Notes under the pieces: generated by a model
What the model was told of the DNA's origin: nothing
The model's database searches: none
What the model saw: the letters and a program-made list of their open reading frames with translations, nothing else
Assembly: GCA_964291495.2 (NCBI GenBank)
Contig: OZ219868.1
Coordinates: forward strand, 64,001-128,000
Length of the DNA: 64,000 nt
Origin: Dehalococcoidia bacterium
GTDB lineage: Bacteria; Chloroflexota; Dehalococcoidia; UBA2979
Reading direction: 5' to 3'
Part shown: in pieces, positions 38,145-47,535 of the stretch
Layout: the number at the start of each line of letters is the position of its first letter
How positions within the stretch are numbered: position 1 is the stretch's first letter
Position numbers and translations under genes: made by a program

Positions 38145-39794
38145 CTACGGGACGATCAGCGTCGTGCCGATACGGATCGAGCCGGCCTTGGCAATGCCGT
38201 TGAGCCGCATGATCTCCCCGACGGTGGTGTCCCAGCGGCGGGCGAGGCTCCAGAGATTGTCACCCGGCTCGACGGTGTAGCGCCCACCGGAGACGGCGGC
38301 TGGCAGTGTCGCCGCCGGGCGGGCGCCCGGTCGCGGGACGGTGATCTCCTGGCCCGGCCAGATACGACCGGGGTTCCCGATGCCGTTGAGGTTTGCGATC
38401 TCCTCGACGCTGGTGCCCCAGCGTGCGGCAAGATCCCACAGGTTGTCGCCGGGGGCGATCGTGTGGCTGATCGGGAGCACCGGGGCGGCCGGGCCGCCTG
38501 CGCTGGCGGGGATGACGAGCTCCTGCCCGATCCGGACCCGGTCCGGGTCCGTGATGCCGTTGAGACGGGCGACCTCCTCAACCGTCGTGCCCCAGCGCTC
38601 CGCGAGGTCCGAGAGCGTTTCCCCCGGCGCGATCGTGTGGACGCCGCCCTTTGACCGCCGCGAGGCGATATGCGCGCCGCGGCCAGCCGCGAACGGGACT
38701 GCGATCCGCTGGCCGATCCGGATGTGATTCGGATCCGCGATCCGGTTGGCCGTCATGAGCTCCCGCAGGTCGACATCCCAGTTCTCCGCAAGGAGGCCAA
38801 GCGCGTCGCCGGGCCGCGCGACGTAGCTCATCGGCCGTGGCGGCGTGTCCCGCAACAGCCGCAGGATGCCCGGCGCGATCGAGCCGACGCGCCAGACGGA
38901 CACCGACTCGGCGAGCAGCGCGAACGACTCATCGAGGAACTCCGGCCAGCCGTCGTTGCTGCCGACGGAGCCGTCGCCAATCGGGTGAATCGGGAGCCCG
39001 AACTCGCGGAGTTGTGGCAGCGCGGAGGCGAGGACGAATCGAGGTGTGATGCCGTCGATGCTGCCGGGGTCGTAGCCCTGGTCCCTGAAGTGGGCGAGGT
39101 TGACCCTGTCGCGGAACTGGCCCCAGTAGACCTGTGGCGCGATCTCGTTGGCGAAGCTGGAGAACTCGGTCAGCGGGATGCGTCCGATCTCCCAGGGGCG
39201 GGGATCGATCGACAGCGACAGCCACGCGTCCGGATGTCGCGCGCGCAGGATCTCGCCGATCCGAAGCGCGCCGCGAGGCGTGCCCTCCCAGAACCCGCCG
39301 TGCGCCTCGAGGTCGATGAAGAGGCTGCGCGCCCCGGCGCTCAACACGTCGGCGGACATCTCCGCCTCGGCTCTGGGGTCGAGGCCATGCGTGTTGTACC
39401 AGGCATGGAACGGCACGCCGCCGTCCTCGAAGAACGCGGCGAGCTTCGCGACCTGCGCGGGCCCGCTCACCGCATCCGGCGAGACGTCGAACTCCGACAT
39501 CCAGTCGGCGCCGTCGTGCGTCTTCACGACGACACCGAGACCGTGCGCGGCGAGGATGTCGCGGAGCAGGGCCGGCCTGCCGTCTTCGTCGAACTTCCAG
39601 ACCCACCCGAAGTGTGTCAGTTCGCCGTCGAGGGCGGGGTTGTTGACGGCGCCGACCGCAGGCGACGGCGGCTCTGGCGCCGACCGCCTCGCTGCGCTCC
39701 GGGCGAGGGCGCGCGAAGGCGCCAGCACAAGCGCCGCTGCGGATCCGGCGAGTGCAGTCAGGAAGAGCCGCCTGGGGAGACGACGGGGGCGCAC
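38145..39794 (-). CDS. Tat-exported protein with a glycoside-hydrolase-like domain and four LysM repeats
   Basis: RRLFL twin-Arg signal; DLE and PQVYW motifs; four PGD/ETL..IA......N.I LysM units. Confidence 0.8.
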   Translation of the reverse strand: MRPRRLPRRLFLTALAGSAAALVLAPSRALARSAARRSAPEPPSPAVGAVNNPALDGELTHFGWVWKFDEDGRPALLRDILAAHGLGVVVKTHDGADWMSEFDVSPDAVSGPAQVAKLAAFFEDGGVPFHAWYNTHGLDPRAEAEMSADVLSAGARSLFIDLEAHGGFWEGTPRGALRIGEILRARHPDAWLSLSIDPRPWEIGRIPLTEFSSFANEIAPQVYWGQFRDRVNLAHFRDQGYDPGSIDGITPRFVLASALPQLREFGLPIHPIGDGSVGSNDGWPEFLDESFALLAESVSVWRVGSIAPGILRLLRDTPPRPMSYVARPGDALGLLAENWDVDLRELMTANRIADPNHIRIGQRIAVPFAAGRGAHIASRRSKGGVHTIAPGETLSDLAERWGTTVEEVARLNGITDPDRVRIGQELVIPASAGGPAAPVLPISHTIAPGDNLWDLAARWGTSVEEIANLNGIGNPGRIWPGQEITVPRPGARPAATLPAAVSGGRYTVEPGDNLWSLARRWDTTVGEIMRLNGIAKAGSIRIGTTLIVP

Positions 39795-39912
39795 GGGGCC
39801 GAAGCTCTCCTGTACCTGTTCCCGCCACTGCTATGGTCGCACATAAACATAAGGTGTCCAAGCGGCACGCTGCCGCCCGTACGGAGCCTCGCGCGGGCTA
39901 GAATGAGGCGTC

Positions 39913-41484
39913 ATGGCGTCCTTGCCGGCCTTCTCGCTGCGCGACCAGTCCGCGGAGGAGCGGAGCTTCCCGAGCGGCCGTCCGGCGCTGCTCGCCTTCG
40001 TCAAGGAGGACTGCCCGACCTGCGGGACCTCGATGCCGCTGATCGAGGGCGCGCACCGCACCTTCGGCGAGGGCGTCGACGTCTGGGCGGTGGGGCAGGA
40101 GGCCGCGGGCAACGCGGCGCTGGTCGAGCGCTACGGCCTCACCCTGCCGATGCTCGACGACTCCGAGCTCGGCGTCTCCTTCCGCTACGACCTCGACACG
40201 GTGCCGACGGTGCTGCTCGCCGGCGCGGACGGCGAGGAGCTGCGGCGCTTCGTCGGCTTCGGGCGCGATGACTGGCGCTCGCTGTATTCACAGCTTGGCG
40301 AGCTGAGCGGCGCCGCGGCTCCGGCCGTCGAGTGGGACGACTACCCGGAGAGCGAGCCGGGCTGCGGCGCGCGCAACGTCGAACCCGGGATCGCCGAGCG
40401 TCTGGCCGCCCTCGCCGAGGGCAGCCCGCTGCTCGCGAGGCGCATCGAGATCGGCTCGGCCGACGATCCCGACGAGTTCATGTTCGACCAGGGCTTCAGC
40501 GACGGCCTGCCCCTGGTCGCGCCCACGCCGGAGCGCGTGCTGCGCATGCTGGGCGGCACGCGGCGCGACGCCCAGGAGGTGGTGGCGATCGTGCCGCCGA
40601 ACATGGCCCCGGCGACCGTCGAGAAGATCGCGATCAACGCAGTCCTCGCGGGTTGCCGCCCCGAGTACCTGCCGGTCGTGATCGCCGGCCTCGAGGCGGC
40701 GTGCACGGACACCTTCAATGCCCACGGCGTGTGGGCGACGACGATGGGCGCCTCGCCGGCGATGATCGTGAACGGACCGATCCGCGATCGCATCGGGATG
40801 AACTCCGGCCTCGGGGCGCTCGGGCAGGGCAACCGCGCCAACGCGACGATCGGGCGCGCGCTGCGGCTGGTGCTGCGCAACGTTGGCGGCGCGAAGCCGG
40901 GCGGGACGGAACGCTCGACGCTGGGGTCGCCGGCGAAGTTCACGTTCACGTTCGCGGAGTGGGAGGAGCGCAGCCCCTGGACGCCGCTCCACGTCGATCG
41001 TGGTTACGCCCCGGAGCAGAGCGTCGTCACACTCTTCCCCTCCTCGCCGGGACCGCTGATCAGCATGGACCAGACGTCGCGCAGCGCGGAGCCGCTGGCG
41101 GGGAGCCTCGCGATGTCGTTGCAGGCGATGATGCATCCGAAGTCCGGCGGCCGCGATACGCTGCTGATCGTCACGCCGGAGCATGTTGATACGCTGTGGC
41201 GCGACGGCTGGACGAAGGAGCGGCTGGCCGAGCGGCTCTGGGAGCTGACACACCGCCCGCTGCGCGAGCTGATCGCGGACGAGCGCAGCGGCGTCGGCAG
41301 GCCCCTCGAGGAGTTCGGGCCGGGCGGCCCGACGGAGGAACAGCTGGGCGAGCTGATCCCGAAGTTCGACTCGCCCGAGCGCCTGCACATCGTCGTCGCG
41401 GGCAGCGAGGCCGGAAAGATCACCGCGATCTTCCCGGGCTGGGGCAGTCTTGTAGAGAGCCAGGTGATCGAGGACGCCGTCTGA
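39913..41484 (+). CDS. Redoxin (CxxC) domain fused to a UGSC-associated DGLP-domain protein
   Basis: KEDCPTC thioredoxin-fold N-terminus; SDGLPLVAPTPERV, NAVLAGC.PEY, RANATIGRA in the C-terminal part. Confidence 0.75.
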   Translation: MASLPAFSLRDQSAEERSFPSGRPALLAFVKEDCPTCGTSMPLIEGAHRTFGEGVDVWAVGQEAAGNAALVERYGLTLPMLDDSELGVSFRYDLDTVPTVLLAGADGEELRRFVGFGRDDWRSLYSQLGELSGAAAPAVEWDDYPESEPGCGARNVEPGIAERLAALAEGSPLLARRIEIGSADDPDEFMFDQGFSDGLPLVAPTPERVLRMLGGTRRDAQEVVAIVPPNMAPATVEKIAINAVLAGCRPEYLPVVIAGLEAACTDTFNAHGVWATTMGASPAMIVNGPIRDRIGMNSGLGALGQGNRANATIGRALRLVLRNVGGAKPGGTERSTLGSPAKFTFTFAEWEERSPWTPLHVDRGYAPEQSVVTLFPSSPGPLISMDQTSRSAEPLAGSLAMSLQAMMHPKSGGRDTLLIVTPEHVDTLWRDGWTKERLAERLWELTHRPLRELIADERSGVGRPLEEFGPGGPTEEQLGELIPKFDSPERLHIVVAGSEAGKITAIFPGWGSLVESQVIEDAV

Positions 41485-41520
41485 GCGAGTACGCGGCGGC
41501 GCGCAGGACAGGGAGGCCGC

Positions 41521-42039
41521 ATGACCACGATTCTGGATCCCACGGACGAGCGTGAGCCCGTAGGACGGCAACGCTCGCGACGCCCGGAGCAGATCTCCGG
41601 CACCGTCGGCCTGCTCGACATCAGCAAGCCGCGCGGCAACGTCCTGCTGGACCGCCTCGAGGAGCTGATCCACCAGCGGCTGCCGGAGGTGGAGGTGCGG
41701 CGCTACATGAAGCCGACCTTCACGAAGCCGGCCCCGGACGAGCTGCGGCGCAAGATGGCGGGGGAGGTGGACTTCGTCATCGAAGGACTTGCCGACTGAG
41801 GGTCGTGCACGACGTGCAGTGTGCACGACACGGTCTGGTTCGAGATTCAGGGCAAGCCCTCGGTGATGATTGCCTCGACGGAGTTCATCAACGCCGCCGA
41901 GGCGCAGGCGCAGTCGCTCGGCCTCCCCGACCTCTCACGCGTCTTCGTCCCGCATCCAATCCAGGATGCGAACGACGAGGAGATGCGCGCGAAGGCGGAC
42001 GAGGCGCTCGACGAACTGATCGCGGCGCTCATCGACTGA
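41521..42039 (+). CDS. UGSC-family selenoprotein (in-frame UGA = Sec at 41797-41799)
   Basis: The ORFs 41521..41799 and 41821..42039 are in the same frame and read GLAD-TGA-GSCTTCSVHD; hairpin immediately 3' of the TGA. Confidence 0.88.
41802..41829 (+). promoter_or_regulatory. SECIS-like stem-loop
   Basis: GTCGTGCAC/GTGCACGAC 9-bp perfect stem starting 2 nt after the UGA, with a G-starting apical loop. Confidence 0.6.
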
Positions 42040-42137
42040 GCCGCTTCGCCGCGCGCTCCGGCGGGCGCGAGTACGCCGGGCCGCGCGTATAGTGGCGCGG
42101 GCATGACCCCTCCCCCGGAGGGGCGGAGGAGGGCATC

Positions 42138-43328
42138 GTGCGGCTCGATCTGTTCTACGAGTTCTGTCAGGGCGCCGGGTACCCGATCCCGCACGGGGCG
42201 GACCGCCAGCTGTTCGAAGAGATCCTCGAGCAGGCCGAGGTCGCCGACGAGGCCGGCTTCGACGTGTTCTGGTCCGTGGAGCACCACGGCTCCGTCGAGG
42301 TCACGCACATGCCCGCGCCGGAGCAGTTCCTGACGGCCGTCGCGATGCGCACGAAGCAGCTGCGCGTCGGCCACTCGGTCGTGCTGACGCACCCGCTCTT
42401 CAACCACCCCGTGCGCGTCGCCGAGCGCGCCTCGGTGCTCGACAACCTCAGCGGGGGGCGCCTCGAGATGGGGTTCGGGCGGTCGACGCCGCGTGAGTGG
42501 GCGATCTTCCACATCGACGGCGACGAGACGCGGCCGGTCCTCGAGGAGATCTTGCACTTGATGCCGCAGATCTGGACGCAGGACAGCTTCCAGTACGACG
42601 GCGAGTACTTCCAGATCGCGCCGATCACGATGGTCCCGCGGATGCTGCAGAAGCCACATCCGAGGATGTGGATCGCCGCCGGCAGCGACGAGTCGCTGCG
42701 GATGGCGGGCAAGCTCGGCGTCGGCGTGCTCAGCCTGACGCTGCTCCGCCCCTTCTCCGAGCTGGAGAAGACACTGAGCATCTACCGCGAGGCGCAGCAG
42801 GTGCAGAACCCGGTCGCCCCGGACCTTGTCAACAACCAGGCCGGCGCCTTCACCTTCGTCTACTGCGCGCCCACGCTCGACGAGGCGATCAACGACGGCG
42901 CCTCGGAGGCCGCGGCCTGGTACATGAGCAAGGTCTACGCGCTCTACGGCTCGATCCCCGTGCGCGAGGGCGAGGCGGGCTACCACTTCGCCCGCGACCG
43001 CGCGGCGCAGATCGAGGCGATTGAGAAGTCCGGCGACTCGCCCGGCCGCCAGGTCATGCTCAAGCTCCTCGACGAGGTGCCGGTCTCCCGCCTCGAGTTC
43101 TACGAGGCGATGAATGCCGAGAACCAGATCGTCGTCGGCACGCCGGACGAGGTGATCCGCAAGCTCGAGGCCTACGAGGGCATCGGCCTGGATCGCATGA
43201 TGTGCATGGTCATGGGCGGCCCGGACCTGCCGCAGGAGAAGATCCTGCAGTCCCTCAAGCTGATGGGCGAAACCGTAATTCCGCACTTCCACGACCGCTC
43301 GCCCGACCCGAAGCCGCCGATCGCCTAG
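42138..43328 (+). CDS. LLM-class flavin-dependent oxidoreductase
   Basis: GFDVFWSVEHH, HPVRVAERASVLDNLSGGRLEMGFGR, QKPHP. Confidence 0.9.
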   Translation: MRLDLFYEFCQGAGYPIPHGADRQLFEEILEQAEVADEAGFDVFWSVEHHGSVEVTHMPAPEQFLTAVAMRTKQLRVGHSVVLTHPLFNHPVRVAERASVLDNLSGGRLEMGFGRSTPREWAIFHIDGDETRPVLEEILHLMPQIWTQDSFQYDGEYFQIAPITMVPRMLQKPHPRMWIAAGSDESLRMAGKLGVGVLSLTLLRPFSELEKTLSIYREAQQVQNPVAPDLVNNQAGAFTFVYCAPTLDEAINDGASEAAAWYMSKVYALYGSIPVREGEAGYHFARDRAAQIEAIEKSGDSPGRQVMLKLLDEVPVSRLEFYEAMNAENQIVVGTPDEVIRKLEAYEGIGLDRMMCMVMGGPDLPQEKILQSLKLMGETVIPHFHDRSPDPKPPIA

Positions 43329-43364
43329 GCGTTCCCGGCGCGGGCGCGGCAGGAGAACACCGCG

Positions 43365-44135
43365 ATGTCCTTCGTACGCGAGCGGATGCGAATGGACGGC
43401 CGTGTCGCCGTGGTGACCGGCGGCGGCCAGGGCGTCGGCCGCGCGATCGCGCTCGGCATGGCGGACGCGGGAGCGCGCGTCGTGATCGGCGAGATCAACG
43501 AGGAGACCGGCCCGCGCACCGCCGTGGAGATCGAGGAGCTCGGCGGCGAGGCGCTCTGGCTCCTTACCGACGTGCGCAAGCAGGAGGACCTTATCGCGTT
43601 GGTCGCGGCGGCGCAGGAGCACTTCGGCCGGATCGACTCGATGTTCAACAACGCCGGCGGCAACTTCCAGCTGCCCGCAATCGACATGTCCCCCAACGGG
43701 TTCGATGCGATCGTGCGGATGAATCTGAAATCGATGTTCCTTGGGAGCCAGGCGGCGGCTCGCACGATGCTGTCCGAGGGCCACGGCGGCAGCATCGTGA
43801 GCACGTCCTCGGTGGCCGGGCTGCGCTCGGGCGGCAATCAGACCGCCGTCTACGCCGCCTCCAAGGCGGGCATCATGGGGATGACGCGCGCCCTCGCGGC
43901 CGAGTGGGGCGAGCACGGCATCCGCGTCAACTCCGTCGCCCCCGGCGCCGTCGACACCGCGGGACGGACGCGCAACATGCACGGCGACCCGTGGGAGCGT
44001 TCCGCGGGCAACCCGATGGGCCGCATCGCGCAACCCGAGGACATCGCCGGGGCGGCGGTCTTCCTCGCCTCGGACCTCGCGGGCCATATCACCGGCCAGG
44101 TGCTGGCCGTGGACGGCGGCGCCAGCATCTCCTGA
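43365..44135 (+). CDS. SDR family oxidoreductase
   Basis: TGGGQGVG, NNAG, YAASK, ITGQVLAVDGG. Confidence 0.92.
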   Translation: MSFVRERMRMDGRVAVVTGGGQGVGRAIALGMADAGARVVIGEINEETGPRTAVEIEELGGEALWLLTDVRKQEDLIALVAAAQEHFGRIDSMFNNAGGNFQLPAIDMSPNGFDAIVRMNLKSMFLGSQAAARTMLSEGHGGSIVSTSSVAGLRSGGNQTAVYAASKAGIMGMTRALAAEWGEHGIRVNSVAPGAVDTAGRTRNMHGDPWERSAGNPMGRIAQPEDIAGAAVFLASDLAGHITGQVLAVDGGASIS

Positions 44136-44159
44136 CGCGACCCGCCGGGCGTGCTGTCG

Positions 44160-45338
44160 CTAGGTGGCGGTAGCGTGCTCCGTGCTGCCGTCGAAGTGGA
44201 CGAACTCGACGATCTCCAGTCCGTAGCCGTCGAGGCCGGAGCGCTTCACGGGGTTGTCCGTGATCAGGCGCATCTTCTGCACCCCGAGGTCGACGAGGAT
44301 CTGCATCGCAATGCCGTAGTCGGGGAGACCCAGCGCCTCGGTGGCCGTCTCACCGGCGGCGCCGACCAGCGGTTGCACGCCGCTCCCCGCCTTCTGGTGC
44401 ACGCCGACGCCGCGCCCTTGCTGGTAGAGGTAGACGATTACGCCGCGGCCCTCCTCGCCGACAAGCCGCATCGCGGTCTGGAGCTGCTGGCCGCAATCGC
44501 AGCCGAGGGAGCGCAGCACGTCGCCGCTGACGCACTGGTCGTGCACGCGCACCAGCACCGGCTCGTCGCCGGCGAGATCGCCTGTCACGAATGCGATGTG
44601 CTCGCGCGTGTCGATCAGCGTGCGGTAGGCGACCGCGCTGAACTCGCCGTAGCGGCTCGGCAGATCCGCCGAGGTGACCCGCTCGATCAGCGAGTCGGTG
44701 CGCAGGCGGTGGGCGATCAGGTCGTTGACGGTGACGATCTTGAAGCCGTGGGCACGGCCGAGGGCGACGAGGTCCGGCATCCGCGCCATCGTCCCGTCGT
44801 CGCGCATGATCTCGCAGATCACCGCCGCGGGGCTGCAGCCCGCCAGCCGCGCGAGGTCCACCGAGGCCTCCGTGTGGCCGGCGCGCTCCAGCACGCCGCC
44901 CTCACGGGCGCGCAGCGGAAAGATGTGCCCCGGCCGGGTCAGCTGCTCGGGCTTCGTCGCGGGGTCCACGAGCAGGCGAATCGTATGCGCCTTGTCCTGC
45001 GCAGAGGCGCCCGTCGTGACACCGTCGCGGGCCTCGACGGTGACGGTGAAGCCCTTGGCGAGCGGGGAGGTGTTGCGCCCGGTCATCAGCGGGATCGCCA
45101 GCTCGTCGAGGCGCTCGCCCGCCATGGCGACGCAGATCAGCCCGCGCGTCTCGCGCGCCATGAACGCGATCAGCTCGGCGCTGATGAACTCCGCGGGGAT
45201 GCAGAGGTCGCCTTCGTTCTCACGTCCCTCGTCGTCGGCGATGATCACCGGGCGGCCGTTGCGGAACTCGTCGATCGCCTCGGGGACGGCGACGATCTCG
45301 CCCTCGTGCTCGTGTCCGTTGAACTGGCTGGAGGTCAT
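44160..45338 (-). CDS. ribB: DHBP synthase fused to a degenerate GTP cyclohydrolase II domain (RibBA/RibBX)
   Basis: RENEGD, PGHIFPL, GHTEA intact; GCH II half keeps C-x10-C-x-C but lacks catalytic residues and the C-terminus. Confidence 0.88.
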   Translation of the reverse strand: MTSSQFNGHEHEGEIVAVPEAIDEFRNGRPVIIADDEGRENEGDLCIPAEFISAELIAFMARETRGLICVAMAGERLDELAIPLMTGRNTSPLAKGFTVTVEARDGVTTGASAQDKAHTIRLLVDPATKPEQLTRPGHIFPLRAREGGVLERAGHTEASVDLARLAGCSPAAVICEIMRDDGTMARMPDLVALGRAHGFKIVTVNDLIAHRLRTDSLIERVTSADLPSRYGEFSAVAYRTLIDTREHIAFVTGDLAGDEPVLVRVHDQCVSGDVLRSLGCDCGQQLQTAMRLVGEEGRGVIVYLYQQGRGVGVHQKAGSGVQPLVGAAGETATEALGLPDYGIAMQILVDLGVQKMRLITDNPVKRSGLDGYGLEIVEFVHFDGSTEHATAT

Positions 45339-45387
45339 GTCAGCGCCTCTCGCTCGGTCGCTGATTCGAGCCTATCACGCGGCGGGC

Positions 45388-46170
45388 TCAGAGCCCCTGC
45401 GCGTCGCACAGCTCCTGGTCCCAGAGGACGTGGCCGCTGAATCCCGGCGGCTGCTCGCAGATCCAGGCCGTCGCCTTCGCCATCGCCTCGGCGACCTCGA
45501 ACTCCAGTGGATCGCCGAAGTCGCGGCCGGCGTAGAGGTTGCCGGGCGTCTTGAGGCGTCCCATCGGCGAGAGCACGTTGCAGGAGATGCGCGAGCCGTC
45601 GTACTGCAGGTCACGCGCCAGCTGCTCATTGAAGCGGTTCAGTCCGGCCTTGAAGGCGGAGTAGATGAAGCTCCCGGTGCGAGGGCGCTCGTAGGGGGCG
45701 GGCCCGATCGGGCGCGCGGCGTTCGAGGAGACGTTGATGATATGCCCGCCGCCGCTCGCCCGCATGTGCGGGATCGCCTGGCGGCAGAGCACGATCGGCG
45801 CGCGCAGGTCGATCTGCCAGATCAGCTCCAGCCGCTCCAGCGGGATCTCCTCGACGCTCCCCTGGAAGGTGATGCCCGCGTTGTTGACGAGAATGTCGAG
45901 GCGCCCGAACTCGGCGATCGTGGCGTCGACCAGCGCCTGCGTGTCCTCGATGTAACGCACGTTGGTCCGGACGGCGAGCGCGCGCCCGCCCGCGTCCTCG
46001 ATCTCCCGCACGACCGAGTGGATCGTGCCGGGCAGGCGCGGGTCCGGCTCCTGCTCGCTGCGCGCGGCGACGGCGACGGCCACGCCGAGCCCGCCGAGGT
46101 GGCGCGCGATGTCCGCGCCGATGCCCCGGCTTGCTCCGGTGACGATCGCGACCTTGCCCTCAAGCGCCAT
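45388..46170 (-). CDS. SDR family oxidoreductase
   Basis: TGASRGIG, NNAG, YSAFK. Confidence 0.9.
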   Translation of the reverse strand: MALEGKVAIVTGASRGIGADIARHLGGLGVAVAVAARSEQEPDPRLPGTIHSVVREIEDAGGRALAVRTNVRYIEDTQALVDATIAEFGRLDILVNNAGITFQGSVEEIPLERLELIWQIDLRAPIVLCRQAIPHMRASGGGHIINVSSNAARPIGPAPYERPRTGSFIYSAFKAGLNRFNEQLARDLQYDGSRISCNVLSPMGRLKTPGNLYAGRDFGDPLEFEVAEAMAKATAWICEQPPGFSGHVLWDQELCDAQGL

Positions 46171-46277
46171 CGAGGGCGGAGTCTACCTGTCGCGGGCTTG
46201 AAGGTCGCGCGGCGCGGGCGCGGGCAACGCCCTCGCGTCTGCCTCGCTATGCTCGCGGTGCGCGATAGGAGGGCACG

Positions 46278-47474
46278 ATGGCTTACGGCGATACACCACA
46301 CGACGCGATGCTGAAGGAGGCCTGGGAGCAGTTCTGCGACGACCTCAAGGGGGCGAGCTCGTACATCTTCGACGACCCTGCGCCGGCGACGGCGCTGGAC
46401 CGCGCACGCGGCTTCCAGTACCTCACGCAGAACATCGCACTCGGCCTCGAGGTCAACGTCGAGCACTCCGACCCGCTCTACCCGGACTTCTTCCGCCCGA
46501 TGACGCCGGTGCGCAAGTACGGCGGGGACAATCCGGACTGCATCTACCTGCGCGCCCTGCTCGACGGCTCCGAAACCTACCGCATCACGGGCAACCGCGG
46601 CGGCGTCCACTACCTCGTCTTCGGCTCGTACCGGCCGGCCGAGCTCACGCCGCAGGGCGAGTCCGCCGAGGTCGGGCGGATCATGGGCAAGGACCTCGTC
46701 ACCAACTGGGACGGCAGCTTCGAGATCATCGTCAGCCCGGACGAGCACCCTGGGAACTGGCTCCGCACGGTCCCCGAGGTCGACCGCCTCACGGTCCGCC
46801 AGTTCTTCGGCGACTGGGCCGCCGAGGCGCCGATCGACGTGATGATCGAGCGGATCGGCGACCACGGGCCTCCGGAGCCGATATCGCCCGAGCGGATGGC
46901 GCGCGGCCTCGCCGGGGCGGCGGACTGGGTCGGCGACACGGCGAGCTACTGGCGCTGGTGGCAGCAGCGCTACCGCGAGCAGCCGAACACCTTCCGCACC
47001 TCGGCCACGCAGGGCGCCGTCGGCGCCGCGCCGGGCGGGATCATCTACCACATGTACTGGATGGTGCAGCCGGACGAGGCGCTGCTGATCGAGTTCACGC
47101 CGCCGATCTGCGACTACTGGGAGCTGGAGCTCAACGACTACTGGATGACCTCGATCGACTACCGCTACCACATGGCCGGCGTGAACTGCCGGCAGTCGCC
47201 CACCGAGCGCGACGGCTCGGCGCGCGTGGTCGTCTCGCACGAGGACCCCGGCGTCCCCAACTGGCTCTCCACGGGCCACATGAACGAGGGCCATATCGGC
47301 CTGCGCTGGATGCAGTGCGAGACGGACGAGCCGCCTTTCCCGGAGACGCGCCTCGTCAAGCTCGCCGACCTCGACGGGCTGCTGCCGGACGACGCGCTGC
47401 GCATGGACGCTGAGGAGCGCCGCAAGCAGATGGCGCACCGCCGCCGAGGCGTGGCGCGCCGCTTCCGCGTGTAG
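46278..47474 (+). CDS. DUF1214-domain protein
   Basis: GGDNPDCIY, YRITGNRG, DEALLIE, DPGVPNWL.T.GH..G.I..RW. Confidence 0.8.
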   Translation: MAYGDTPHDAMLKEAWEQFCDDLKGASSYIFDDPAPATALDRARGFQYLTQNIALGLEVNVEHSDPLYPDFFRPMTPVRKYGGDNPDCIYLRALLDGSETYRITGNRGGVHYLVFGSYRPAELTPQGESAEVGRIMGKDLVTNWDGSFEIIVSPDEHPGNWLRTVPEVDRLTVRQFFGDWAAEAPIDVMIERIGDHGPPEPISPERMARGLAGAADWVGDTASYWRWWQQRYREQPNTFRTSATQGAVGAAPGGIIYHMYWMVQPDEALLIEFTPPICDYWELELNDYWMTSIDYRYHMAGVNCRQSPTERDGSARVVVSHEDPGVPNWLSTGHMNEGHIGLRWMQCETDEPPFPETRLVKLADLDGLLPDDALRMDAEERRKQMAHRRRGVARRFRV

Positions 47475-47535
47475 CGCCGAACGCGGCTACGATCGCCCTC
47501 GGCGGCCGGAGGGCGTCGAGGACGGAGGAGCGAGG

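Noticed and set aside
41797-41799. TGA as a nonsense mutation making a pseudogene or two small genes
   Set aside because: The UxxC context, the in-frame continuation and the adjacent hairpin favour selenocysteine
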